Shown here in pieces: positions 55,964-64,000 of a stretch of DNA of 64,000 nt (its first letter is position 1; each line of letters starts with the position of its first letter). The DNA comes from an uncultured virus (IMG/VR IMGVR_UViG_3300032288_000917). Taxonomy: Duplodnaviria > Heunggongvirae > Uroviricota > Caudoviricetes. Location of the stretch: IMG/VR virus record IMGVR_UViG_3300032288_000917; one strand, given 5' to 3'. The notes beneath the pieces are model-generated. The model was not told the origin of the DNA. It saw nothing but the letters and a program-made list of their open reading frames with translations, and did no database searches. The position numbers and the translations under genes are program-made.

Positions 55964-56847
55964 TTCGTAGCATTAAGTTTAGCGATTAAACCAATCTTTG
56001 TTTCTTGAAAATCATCAGCACGAAGATTTGTAATGACTTGCATTTTACTAATGCCAATCTCTACGCCTCCTGTGATAAAGAACTTTCCACCTTTACGAGA
56101 AATAATGTTTTTGCTCAAAAGGTCTTCAAGAAGAACATAATCTTTAAAGTAAGGATTATCAAACGTGTCTAGGAATTCTTGAGGATCATTTTCTACGATA
56201 TTACCTAAAGTCTGCTCAATAAGATCAGGTTTAGTAATAGCGTCTACCTTAGAAGCACCCTCATTGAATACTTTAAGATAGTTAATCTTATCCTGCAAGC
56301 TCATTCCGCTGAACTTGACATAAGCCTTAGTCTTAGTATTGATCTTTTCAGAATCAAACTTAGCTTCTTGCTCAACCGAAGAAAGAAGAACATCAGCTAT
56401 AGAGTTTACAGCTAAATCTTCTTTGCCCTTAGCTACACGCTTAGAGGCTGAGAGAATCTTAAACCAAAGTTTATGCTTTACGTTATTGTCACAATCAAGT
56501 GTCAAACCATCCTTGGGAATCTTGATAGCATTCTTTTTGTCTGCCCAAAACTTAAGGTTGTAAGGTGACAAGGCACCAGCTTGAAGAAACATCTCTTTTT
56601 CAAAAGCTTCACGTTCTTCTTCACTTAGCCCTGTAATTACAACATCAGGATTTGAAGCACTTCTCGCAGCTACAATCCAGATTTGAGCACCACTAAAAAT
56701 AGTGTTACCATCATGGTTAGGGTTAATGGTGTGAAGCCAAGACTTTCTGCAAGGCTTCACTGACCATTTACCGTTTATATTAGCGAGAGGATTTGACACT
56801 TTGACTTGTTCTTTTACTTTACTTTCAACTGCACTTTTCTCCATCAC
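55960..56847 (-). CDS. conserved crAss-like protein downstream of the major capsid gene
   Basis: 295 aa; TGLSEEE...FE and FW motifs; synteny. Confidence 0.6.
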   Translation of the reverse strand: MMEKSAVESKVKEQVKVSNPLANINGKWSVKPCRKSWLHTINPNHDGNTIFSGAQIWIVAARSASNPDVVITGLSEEEREAFEKEMFLQAGALSPYNLKFWADKKNAIKIPKDGLTLDCDNNVKHKLWFKILSASKRVAKGKEDLAVNSIADVLLSSVEQEAKFDSEKINTKTKAYVKFSGMSLQDKINYLKVFNEGASKVDAITKPDLIEQTLGNIVENDPQEFLDTFDNPYFKDYVLLEDLLSKNIISRKGGKFFITGGVEIGISKMQVITNLRADDFQETKIGLIAKLNATK

Positions 56848-56885
56848 TTTAAAGTTTATAGTTTATAACGAACTACTAGAACGTA

Positions 56886-58334
56886 TTAATAAGTTACATC
56901 CATGATAAGTTCAGCAGCACTCAAGGGGTTTTTCAACATAATACCTTGAGTAGTCTGGCAGTACATTTCATAGCCATCTACAGGAGATGCGCCCATACCA
57001 CCATTCTGCGGACCAAAAGGAGTAGTAGAACCAGGTACATACCACTTCACTTCAGCACGACCTTTAGGAGCAACTTTCTGAATGTTAGGCTCACCATTAG
57101 TAGTACCAATATTGAAGATAGTCATACGATAGTTTTCAGTGTATCCACCATCTGGTGCTTCCATACGGTGCAATACTGGATCATCATACTGAGGCATGTG
57201 GGCTACAGTAATCTTGATACCCTGTGGTCCCATGAATTGCTTGTACTGGCCTCCAAGTCCTTTGTTCTGACCTGAGCCTTTGATACGCTCAGTATCACCA
57301 AGAGGAATAAGGATACCAATCTTATCTTCTACAAGCTTATGGAACATAATCATTCCTCTTTCACCTGTAAGAATCAAGAACTCACGCTCATCTTCAGGTA
57401 AAATGTTGATAGACAAGTTGGTCATAACTTCCAACAGGTAATCCAAAGTCAAGGTGTTGTAGTAGAACTTATAGGTCGGAGAGATTTGCTCACGCAGACC
57501 AGCACCTTGCTTAATGGGGAAACCATTAGGAGCCTTCTGAGTAAAGGTACCATCAGTATTCTGGTTTAAAGTAGAATACATAAGTTGGTTAGCCTTCTCT
57601 TTCTGCCACTGGAAGTTGAACTCCATCTCTTGCCATTTGGTCCATACAGTCACAGACTTACCCTCAGAACCAGTCATCTTGATAAGTAAAGGACGATCCT
57701 GCATGTTACCAGGTACTACATACTTCTTTGACAAGGTAGAGAACTGGTTACGCATCTCAAACATTGAGCTGAACTGAGTCTCACCATACTGGTCATTCAA
57801 AGTATTAGTAACTGAGTTATACAGTTTAGCTACTTTGCGACCTGCACGAAGCAATTCAGTAGGTACAAAGTACCCAGAATCTGAACGCATGTGACGTACA
57901 GTGAAGACCCAATTAGTACCATCAGGACGACCGTCATCCTCAATACGTACACCGTGGTCTACATCATCAAAAGAAACATAATCAGAAGCTACGAAGAACT
58001 TCTCATTAAGTGTAATTTCAAAGGTAGTTTTACCAATACCAGGAGTAGCTGTGTTAGTACCAGCTGAAAATCCTACGATTGGAATAGCACGACGGCTATC
58101 ACCTTTGAGCATCCACTTGTACTCTCCATCATGGTCAAAGAGTTTAGTAGGATACTTAGAAAGGAAAGAATCCAGACCGATGTAACCCATACGGTTGAAT
58201 ACCTCCGTTACAATGTCAGAAGCCAGCTGTACATCATTTTGATAAATGGCGTATAGGTGGTTCTCAGTGGTAAGTCCTGCCCACGATTTGGCATAACTTA
58301 CCTGCAAAGAATTAAGTTTTTGTGTTGCGCTCAT
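56886..58334 (-). CDS. major capsid protein (crAss-like, HK97 fold)
   Basis: 482 aa; W.GLTTENHL, Y.WML.G, MRNQFS..K, GAGLREQI, TGERG..FH and DGY motifs; follows an acidic scaffold-like gene. Confidence 0.9.
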   Translation of the reverse strand: MSATQKLNSLQVSYAKSWAGLTTENHLYAIYQNDVQLASDIVTEVFNRMGYIGLDSFLSKYPTKLFDHDGEYKWMLKGDSRRAIPIVGFSAGTNTATPGIGKTTFEITLNEKFFVASDYVSFDDVDHGVRIEDDGRPDGTNWVFTVRHMRSDSGYFVPTELLRAGRKVAKLYNSVTNTLNDQYGETQFSSMFEMRNQFSTLSKKYVVPGNMQDRPLLIKMTGSEGKSVTVWTKWQEMEFNFQWQKEKANQLMYSTLNQNTDGTFTQKAPNGFPIKQGAGLREQISPTYKFYYNTLTLDYLLEVMTNLSINILPEDEREFLILTGERGMIMFHKLVEDKIGILIPLGDTERIKGSGQNKGLGGQYKQFMGPQGIKITVAHMPQYDDPVLHRMEAPDGGYTENYRMTIFNIGTTNGEPNIQKVAPKGRAEVKWYVPGSTTPFGPQNGGMGASPVDGYEMYCQTTQGIMLKNPLSAAELIMDVTY

Positions 58335-58352
58335 TTTAAAATTAGAATTAGA

Positions 58353-59426
58353 TTAGAATTTATACTGTTTTTTAGACTGATCTATAGCTTTACGCACGAC
58401 GCTAATATCAATCTTCTTATTTTTATTACTTTCATCAGGGTAACTGTTAACTACAGTCTTAGTCTTTTGAGCAGCTTTTGTGTAAGCCTTCCTTTCAACT
58501 GCATCCAGTTTACCCTCTAATTGAAGCACGAATTGAGCTACTGCCAATTGCATGTCTTTAGTAGCCATCTTACGCTCAAGTTCAGTCTTACCTTCCCTGT
58601 CTCTTCTAGTAATTGCAGAAAACAGTCTTTCTTTGTCAGTCTTCTGTAATTGGATACCAGGGATAAAACTTTCAGCTGACTCTATGTCTTTCTTAAGCTG
58701 ATCCATCTGCTGCTCATATTGTCTTTGAGCAAGCATCTGTTGCTGTTGTGCCTCAGCAGCAAGTTGTTGTTGGTAAGAACTCTCATACTTTTTAAGCTTC
58801 TTAAGTGCAACTTTAGCTTCTTTTTCAAGTAGCAAGCCATCCTTATAAGACTCAAGCTTTTCTTTAATCTCGTCTTGGTCGTGGTCTTGTAAAGCCAACC
58901 ATTGGCCTACAAGTTCCTCTTGCAAAGTTTCATCTTCTTTAAGCTCATCATCTGTGAGATTAGCGTAAGACTCTTCACGAGCTTTTGAGTTAATAAGTTC
59001 TGACAAAGGAATACCTTTCATGTATCCATCTGCCAAGTACTTAATCTCATCAGGTAAAGTTTCAAGTGCTTCTTTTTTTACCTTTTCAAAGAACTTCTCT
59101 TTAAAATACTCTTCAGAAGATTGAAAGTCTTTCTCATCATAGTCAAAGATGCCCAAGTCATGGGCCCACTTTGCAATCTCTTTGAGAGAGTCTTGATCTT
59201 CTTCAGTATTTTCAGAACTACTAGAAGGCTCAGATTCCTCTTCCTCTTCTTGTGCTTGCCCAGTATTGAATTGATCAATACCTTCTACTTCTTCTAAGGC
59301 AGCTTCTTCAAGCTCCTCTTTTTGCTCTGACTCTACTTTAGTTTCAAAGTGAGTCAAATCTTCCACTTCAGGAATGGTGATCTTGTCAAGTACTGACAAA
59401 TCAAGTTTGGTTTCCTCTATTTTCAT
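58353..59426 (-). CDS. putative capsid scaffolding protein
   Basis: 357 aa; very acidic N-terminus and coiled-coil body; directly upstream of the major capsid gene. Confidence 0.7.
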   Translation of the reverse strand: MKIEETKLDLSVLDKITIPEVEDLTHFETKVESEQKEELEEAALEEVEGIDQFNTGQAQEEEEESEPSSSSENTEEDQDSLKEIAKWAHDLGIFDYDEKDFQSSEEYFKEKFFEKVKKEALETLPDEIKYLADGYMKGIPLSELINSKAREESYANLTDDELKEDETLQEELVGQWLALQDHDQDEIKEKLESYKDGLLLEKEAKVALKKLKKYESSYQQQLAAEAQQQQMLAQRQYEQQMDQLKKDIESAESFIPGIQLQKTDKERLFSAITRRDREGKTELERKMATKDMQLAVAQFVLQLEGKLDAVERKAYTKAAQKTKTVVNSYPDESNKNKKIDISVVRKAIDQSKKQYKF

Positions 59427-59470
59427 GTTTATGTCTTATCTTCTTTACAACTACACGTATAAACAAGATA

Positions 59471-59502
59471 CAAAGTTAATTTAAGTCAAATCTATTAAAC
59501 AA
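59471..59502 (-). promoter_or_regulatory. Bacteroidota-type promoter for the capsid operon
   Basis: minus strand: TAACTTTG (59478-59471) with TTG 21 nt upstream, plus a second box TAGATTTG (59494-59487); 45 nt upstream of the scaffold ATG. Confidence 0.6.
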
Positions 59503-59540
59503 TAGATAGACTAAAATTTTGTATCTCTCCTATAGCATTT

Positions 59541-59687
59541 TTATTTCCTACCCTGTCTACTATACTTCTTTCGATAGTTTTTAGAGCTCTTTAGAGTGCT
59601 ATTTTTCTTCTTACTGTGTACTCCAGGACGTCTAACTTTAGCCCTTTTCTGGTATTTAGACGAGCCACTTTTAATTTGTTTAGCCAT
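59541..59687 (-). CDS. very basic 48-aa protein, not in the ORF track
   Basis: hand translation MAKQIKSGSSKYQKRAKVRRPGVHSKKKNSTLKSSKNYRKKYSRQGRK*; ATG 7 nt after the lipoprotein stop. Confidence 0.75.
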   Translation of the reverse strand: MAKQIKSGSSKYQKRAKVRRPGVHSKKKNSTLKSSKNYRKKYSRQGRK

Positions 59688-59693
59688 AGTTAT

Positions 59694-60272
59694 TTATTGA
59701 CAAATCATTACACCTGTGTAAACTTTAACAGGCGTACTATAATAATAGTAAAGTATTCTATTTATTTTATCATTTATGGTATATGCTACCTGCATATCAT
59801 AAACACTACTAGCCTTCATCATGCAGCTAGTACCATAACGCATGTAGAATAAGTTAGTAAGGCAGTCTGCTGAATATGGGCAGTCCCTTGGGGTTACCAC
59901 AATCCTGTAAGGGCTTACTTCTAAATCAGCTGTACTAGCAGGTCTAACTTGATTTTCCCATCTCATTACTAACCATCCGCACCAAGAAGTATCCCAAGTT
60001 ACTTTCCAATCAGTAGCAGGCATATCTATCTTTTGGTACTCAGGTAAAGGAGGAGGTGTATTACCATTTCCATTTCCATTACCTCCTCTTTTTTCTACTG
60101 CATTTAATTCTACAGCTTTAGGATCTACATATGCTACATCTGTACCATCTGTAGGCATAGTATCTTGCCCACCACTAGCTTTAATAGTTTGAGGTTGGCT
60201 AACAGCAGGTTCTGATTCTTTCTTACAAGCTACTACAGCAAGTAAGAAAACTAAGTAGATAAGTTTTTTCAT
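59694..60272 (-). CDS. lipoprotein (signal peptidase II substrate)
   Basis: MKKLIYLVFLLAVVA-C lipobox (Cys16 at nt 60225-60227) followed by KKESE. Confidence 0.8.
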   Translation of the reverse strand: MKKLIYLVFLLAVVACKKESEPAVSQPQTIKASGGQDTMPTDGTDVAYVDPKAVELNAVEKRGGNGNGNGNTPPPLPEYQKIDMPATDWKVTWDTSWCGWLVMRWENQVRPASTADLEVSPYRIVVTPRDCPYSADCLTNLFYMRYGTSCMMKASSVYDMQVAYTINDKINRILYYYYSTPVKVYTGVMICQ

Positions 60273-60274
60273 GG

Positions 60275-60583
60275 TTACAAGTTTAATTGTTGTATGACAT
60301 AATCAAATACAATCTGGTCATCAGCACCCCACTGGTTAACTAAATCTTCAGTAAGGTCTATTGTTCCAGCCTGTATTGGTATTTTGCTAATTGTGTACAT
60401 CTGTACTCCATTATCATCAAGTACAGGTAATCCTGTGTCATAATAAAAACCAAGATGTACTGTATAATCACATAAATGATACTCTACATATCCAGGTGTA
60501 TCCTGAAAGTTATAACCGTTGAACAAGTCAACTCGTAGCAACTGTGTGCTATTTACCTGACGTTCGTTTTTATCTAGCTGCAT
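60275..60583 (-). CDS. small fibre-associated protein (chaperone-like)
   Basis: likely start MQLDKN through a TGATG overlap at 60583; C-terminal WGADD..VFDYV.QQLNL. Confidence 0.55.
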   Translation of the reverse strand: MQLDKNERQVNSTQLLRVDLFNGYNFQDTPGYVEYHLCDYTVHLGFYYDTGLPVLDDNGVQMYTISKIPIQAGTIDLTEDLVNQWGADDQIVFDYVIQQLNL

Positions 60584-61812
60584 CAGTATATCTCCATTAC
60601 TAAACATAAACCATTTGCACCATTACCCCCTGCTCCTGATGGGGTACCAGTAAGTGAAGCTCTACCTCCACCACCCCCTGCTCCATATAATCCACCATTA
60701 CCAGCAGCAGTAGGTGTAGCAGCAGACCCCCCTGCACCACCTGTTCCAAGACCCTTGCCTGAAGTGAGGGTACTACTAAAGAATAAGAAGTTAGACTGAT
60801 TATCTGCTCCGTTTGGTGATGCTCCGGAGGTTGGTCCGTTGATGGTTAATCCGTTAGCTAGTACAGCTCCACCATTACCTCCTGCCGTTGAGTTGGTGTT
60901 ACCGCTGTTAATACCACCACCGCCACCACCGCCTGGTGCTCCGAATTGGCCGCTAAATCCAGCAGAACCAACAGTGCCATTTCCAGATTGACCTTGACCA
61001 CTTGTTGCTCCAGTTATAGCATAGGGGCCACTACTTGGAGTGCAGTTTGCAGCATTACCTCCAGTCACACTAGAACCAGAAGTACCAGTACCAGCACCCC
61101 CACCAGTACCCCCCTTCGCAATAACAAGGCCACCGAAGCTCGTGTCACCTCCGGTGTTACCAGAGTTTCCGTTAGTGAGAACCGTTGCCACTCCAACACC
61201 TCCCGTACCTCCCGTGCCGATCGTTACCGCTACACTAGAAGCTAGGTCGCTTGCTGCTACCTGCCTCCATACAACAGCACCTCCACCACCTCCACCACCG
61301 CCAAAGCGGTTTGTAGCACCTCCATCACAACGACCAGAACCTCCCCCACCACCAGCACCTACGCAGCAGATTAACACACGTTTTAATCCCGTTGGCTTAG
61401 TCCACGTTCCGTTAGCTGTAAATTCAGTAATAATAACAGACTCTTGTAAAGATTGCTTGTTGATTGTCCAACCAGCTTCTCTACTCCACATAAGAGAATC
61501 TCCAACTTGAAGAAGAGCTTTAGTAAGTTGGTATTTAGTTCCAGCTACATCTTTTTGTATAGTAACTGTAGCAGCAACCGTATCATTATTAAATACAGTG
61601 ATGAGTACAACTTGCCTATTGGTAGATCCAAGAGGCGAAGCAACTATAATTGCAGGTGTAGTACCGTTTGTAGTATTTTGATCACTAGCTTGAGGTAAAG
61701 TCATACCAGCAGATGTAATATCTTGGTATGATGTAGTCCACCTTAACTGATTAGTAGTTACAGGGGCAGCCAGTACAATCTCTAATTGTTGGTTTGTATT
61801 AGTTAAATACAT
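60583..61812 (-). CDS. glycine-rich fibre protein with N-terminal adaptor domain
   Basis: FTANGTWTKP.G.......VGAGGGGGSG start of a Gly-rich domain; many GxGG repeats; ends GANGLCLVMEIY. Confidence 0.75.
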   Translation of the reverse strand: MYLTNTNQQLEIVLAAPVTTNQLRWTTSYQDITSAGMTLPQASDQNTTNGTTPAIIVASPLGSTNRQVVLITVFNNDTVAATVTIQKDVAGTKYQLTKALLQVGDSLMWSREAGWTINKQSLQESVIITEFTANGTWTKPTGLKRVLICCVGAGGGGGSGRCDGGATNRFGGGGGGGGAVVWRQVAASDLASSVAVTIGTGGTGGVGVATVLTNGNSGNTGGDTSFGGLVIAKGGTGGGAGTGTSGSSVTGGNAANCTPSSGPYAITGATSGQGQSGNGTVGSAGFSGQFGAPGGGGGGGINSGNTNSTAGGNGGAVLANGLTINGPTSGASPNGADNQSNFLFFSSTLTSGKGLGTGGAGGSAATPTAAGNGGLYGAGGGGGRASLTGTPSGAGGNGANGLCLVMEIY

Positions 61813-61813
61813 A

Positions 61814-62119
61814 TCAGTATGCAGCTATATAAGCCATTATTTTTTTCTGGTCAAATCCACCTGTACTAAATGCAGCAAAGTCTGCAGCAGATAAGTATCC
61901 ACTTTGTAATGAAGTAGCCTGTGGCATGCTAATAGTAGGAGTAGCGCCTCCACTACTTGCAAGTGGAGCAGCAGCTGTAACAGCAGTAACACCAGCAGCT
62001 GGAACTTGACTTGCTACATATGCAACTACAGCAGACTGACTTGGTGCTACCATGTTACTATTTAATGCCATAGTACCATCGGTACTAATTGGTATTGCTT
62101 TAGTATATCCTTGTGCCAT
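61814..62119 (-). CDS. short fibre segment protein
   Basis: STDGTMA.NS...PSQSAV..YV, VTAVTA.APLASSGGATP.IS and GYLSAADF fibre-shaft motifs. Confidence 0.65.
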   Translation of the reverse strand: MAQGYTKAIPISTDGTMALNSNMVAPSQSAVVAYVASQVPAAGVTAVTAAAPLASSGGATPTISMPQATSLQSGYLSAADFAAFSTGGFDQKKIMAYIAAY

Positions 62120-63396
62120 TATCTTATCTCTTTGAATTTCATTGTAAAGTATAAGTCTGTAGCCCCACCTAATCCCTCTGCAGCTATACTAAGTGTGCCA
62201 AAATCTCTTTGGTTTCCTAGGGCATCAAGTGTGATTGGGTATTTTGAAGCTATAGCTGTACTTGAAGAGCCACTTCTACCGCCACCTCCTGATGGAGCAT
62301 AACCACTGTCTATAATTATTTGAGGTGATACGCCAAATGTACCAGTATAATCAAATTGATAACCAGAATAAAGAGCATTTACATCATTCCATGCTGGACT
62401 AACCAAAGAAGCACCAATACCAAGATACCACTGAGCTGCTCTATTACCAGTATTGATAACCTCTATATCAACAAGCGAAAACTTAGACCTGTTTGCATAA
62501 CCTCCAAATGTAGATTTTGGCTGTATGGACATTACATGCTGATATATATTTACACCAGCAACTATTGGTGTAGACGCAGTAAAAGTGTAACCAAATCTTT
62601 CTGCATCTTCAATTCCACCTTCACTAGACACAGAACAACAGATGAAGTGCATCCTGTCATTCAGGTTTGTAGCCAAAGCAGTCATACCCACCCTTACAGG
62701 AAGATTAGCTGTTGCAATGTAAGGAGCAATTAGAGTAGAGTTGTTATTCAAAAACTCATGAGCATATACAATTTGACCATCTATATCAAAGCCAAATCTT
62801 ACCCTACCTACATACAGCGCCTGAAAATCTATTACCAAAATCTGAGTTTTAGTTAAATCAAGTGTTGCTTGACTTGGACCACTACCGTCTAGTTTGTCAA
62901 TGTTCCAGTTTGCTTGCTGAATAATTTGACTACCAGCTGTAGTAGATGAATATATGGTAAATGCCATTCCAGCAAACCCACCGTCATACTGAAACTCAAA
63001 ACCATTTGTTCCGTCAGATAAACCTACCGATCTTAACGTATCGTTGTTTATAGAACCAGCAGGGAACATATTAAAGGTAATGAATACAAGCTGAGACCTT
63101 CCTGGTTGATAAGGAATGTACTCATAACTCTGCATGTATATAAAATCACCGATATTACCATTATTATTAAATATAATTTCAGCAAGTCTATCTGCAGGTT
63201 GATGATCTGCATAACATCTAGCAGGATCACTTGAATACTCCTCAAAAACAAGAGGACTTAAATCATATGTAAATTGGTTATTGAATATATTCAACGGGTT
63301 ACTAACCCTCAATCTACTAAACGCATCAAGGTTTGCAGAATCCTTAATGGTTATGGAGTTATCAAGTATGGTATATCCTGTGTATCCTTGTGCCAT
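62119..63396 (-). CDS. putative lectin-like (ConA-type) virion protein
   Basis: 425 aa, beta-rich; DAFSRLRVSNP, YQPGRS, WNIDKLDG.GPS and VG.VRFGF segments; fold is an inference. Confidence 0.55.
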   Translation of the reverse strand: MAQGYTGYTILDNSITIKDSANLDAFSRLRVSNPLNIFNNQFTYDLSPLVFEEYSSDPARCYADHQPADRLAEIIFNNNGNIGDFIYMQSYEYIPYQPGRSQLVFITFNMFPAGSINNDTLRSVGLSDGTNGFEFQYDGGFAGMAFTIYSSTTAGSQIIQQANWNIDKLDGSGPSQATLDLTKTQILVIDFQALYVGRVRFGFDIDGQIVYAHEFLNNNSTLIAPYIATANLPVRVGMTALATNLNDRMHFICCSVSSEGGIEDAERFGYTFTASTPIVAGVNIYQHVMSIQPKSTFGGYANRSKFSLVDIEVINTGNRAAQWYLGIGASLVSPAWNDVNALYSGYQFDYTGTFGVSPQIIIDSGYAPSGGGGRSGSSSTAIASKYPITLDALGNQRDFGTLSIAAEGLGGATDLYFTMKFKEIR

Positions 63397-63755
63397 TATA
63401 CCGTGTAAATTTCAGATCCAAACAATTGAAAAGCTATACCACTGGCAGATGAACTTTGTACATATACCTCATCAGTCTGCTCAAGTGTTATACCAAATGT
63501 AGCAGCAAATGTATCAGTCTGTGCTATTGTCACATCAAGATACAAGTATTGATATGTAGTTGATGGTGCTCCACCAGCCTTTACAATAGCCACACTAAAC
63601 TTCTCGTTTGAGCCAAGAGAATTGCATACAGTTAATGTACTGCACACAGCTTCTGTCCTTGTGAATCCACCTCCACTAGGAACAGTGTATAGTAAGTCCC
63701 AACCACCAGTGCCCTCTATCTGACCCAATACTTTGTATTCTACTTTATTTGGCAT
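63396..63755 (-). CDS. small beta-sandwich adaptor-like structural protein
   Basis: YKVLGQ, LYTVPS, STLTVCN and FGSEI motifs; resembles the N-terminal domain of the 409-aa fibre. Confidence 0.6.
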   Translation of the reverse strand: MPNKVEYKVLGQIEGTGGWDLLYTVPSGGGFTRTEAVCSTLTVCNSLGSNEKFSVAIVKAGGAPSTTYQYLYLDVTIAQTDTFAATFGITLEQTDEVYVQSSSASGIAFQLFGSEIYTV

Positions 63756-63756
63756 A

Positions 63757-63999
63757 TTATCCTCCCATTAGTAAGAATGGTGAAACTACTGTACTTATTT
63801 CAAAATTAGGTGATGTACCATCTACTATAACATCACCTGTTCTACCTGTAATAGCTACCCCACTTGCAGGACTAGTATTATTTATTGTAATAGATCCTGC
63901 TGCATTAGTTATACTAATATCAGTACCTGCAGTTATAGTAGACAAGGTATAACCTGTACCATTACCTATAAGCACTTGACCATTTGTTGGAGTTGTGCT
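63757..63999 (-). CDS. C-terminal fragment of a fibre protein (continues beyond the window)
   Basis: frame is open to the window edge: STTPTNGQVLIGNGTGYTLSTITAG..ISITNAAGSITI...SPFLLMGG*. Confidence 0.7.
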   Translation of the reverse strand, partial: STTPTNGQVLIGNGTGYTLSTITAGTDISITNAAGSITINNTSPASGVAITGRTGDVIVDGTSPNFEISTVVSPFLLMGG

Positions 64000-64000
64000 A

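Noticed and set aside
60946..61698. Pro-rich and Ser/Thr-rich + strand ORFs (61040-61510 and neighbours)
   Set aside because: They are antisense mirrors of Gly codons in the minus-strand fibre gene
1..64000. Stop-codon reassignment (TAG or TGA), known in some crAss-like phages
   Set aside because: Genes are full length and tightly packed under the standard code, and TAG/TGA serve as real stops (e.g. 6795, 7049, 14434, 15554)
1..64000. CRISPR array, tRNA/rRNA genes, integrase, transposase, or reverse transcriptase/DGR
   Set aside because: No repeat-spacer array or recognisable motifs were seen and intergenic space is minimal; no covariance search could be run

Overview
This window is a gene-dense, AT-rich segment of a crAss-like (Crassvirales-type) phage genome in the standard genetic code. 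A Bacteroidota host is inferred from TAnnTTTG promoter boxes, the lack of obvious Shine-Dalgarno sites and a CKKE-type lipoprotein. Two gene blocks converge on a bidirectional terminator at about 15.58 kb. The + strand block (1-15.55 kb) encodes replication, repair and recombination functions: a spore-photoproduct-lyase-like radical SAM enzyme, rIIA/rIIB, an SF2 helicase, DnaB, a RecT-like protein, SSB, primase, a resolvase, a RecE-like exonuclease and a MazG-like pyrophosphatase. The - strand block (64-15.64 kb) is the virion module: fibre/adaptor genes, a lipoprotein, scaffold, major capsid, ring proteins, tail spike, a lysis cassette, a phosphoesterase, muzzle, internal cargo proteins and a 4019-aa virion RNA polymerase (DFDID motif) fused to a zincin motif. 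No portal, terminase or DNA polymerase was recognised in the window. The most striking unexplained structure is a pair of cargo proteins (950 aa and 941 aa) built from short basic, acidic or enzymatic modules separated by recurring (Y/M/W/F/K)xxGG motifs, which suggests a protease-processed polyprotein of DNA-binding core peptides. Two small ORFs below the track's size cutoff (48 aa, highly basic; 51 aa, membrane) were found by hand. All product calls come from motif recognition and synteny; no database searches were run.
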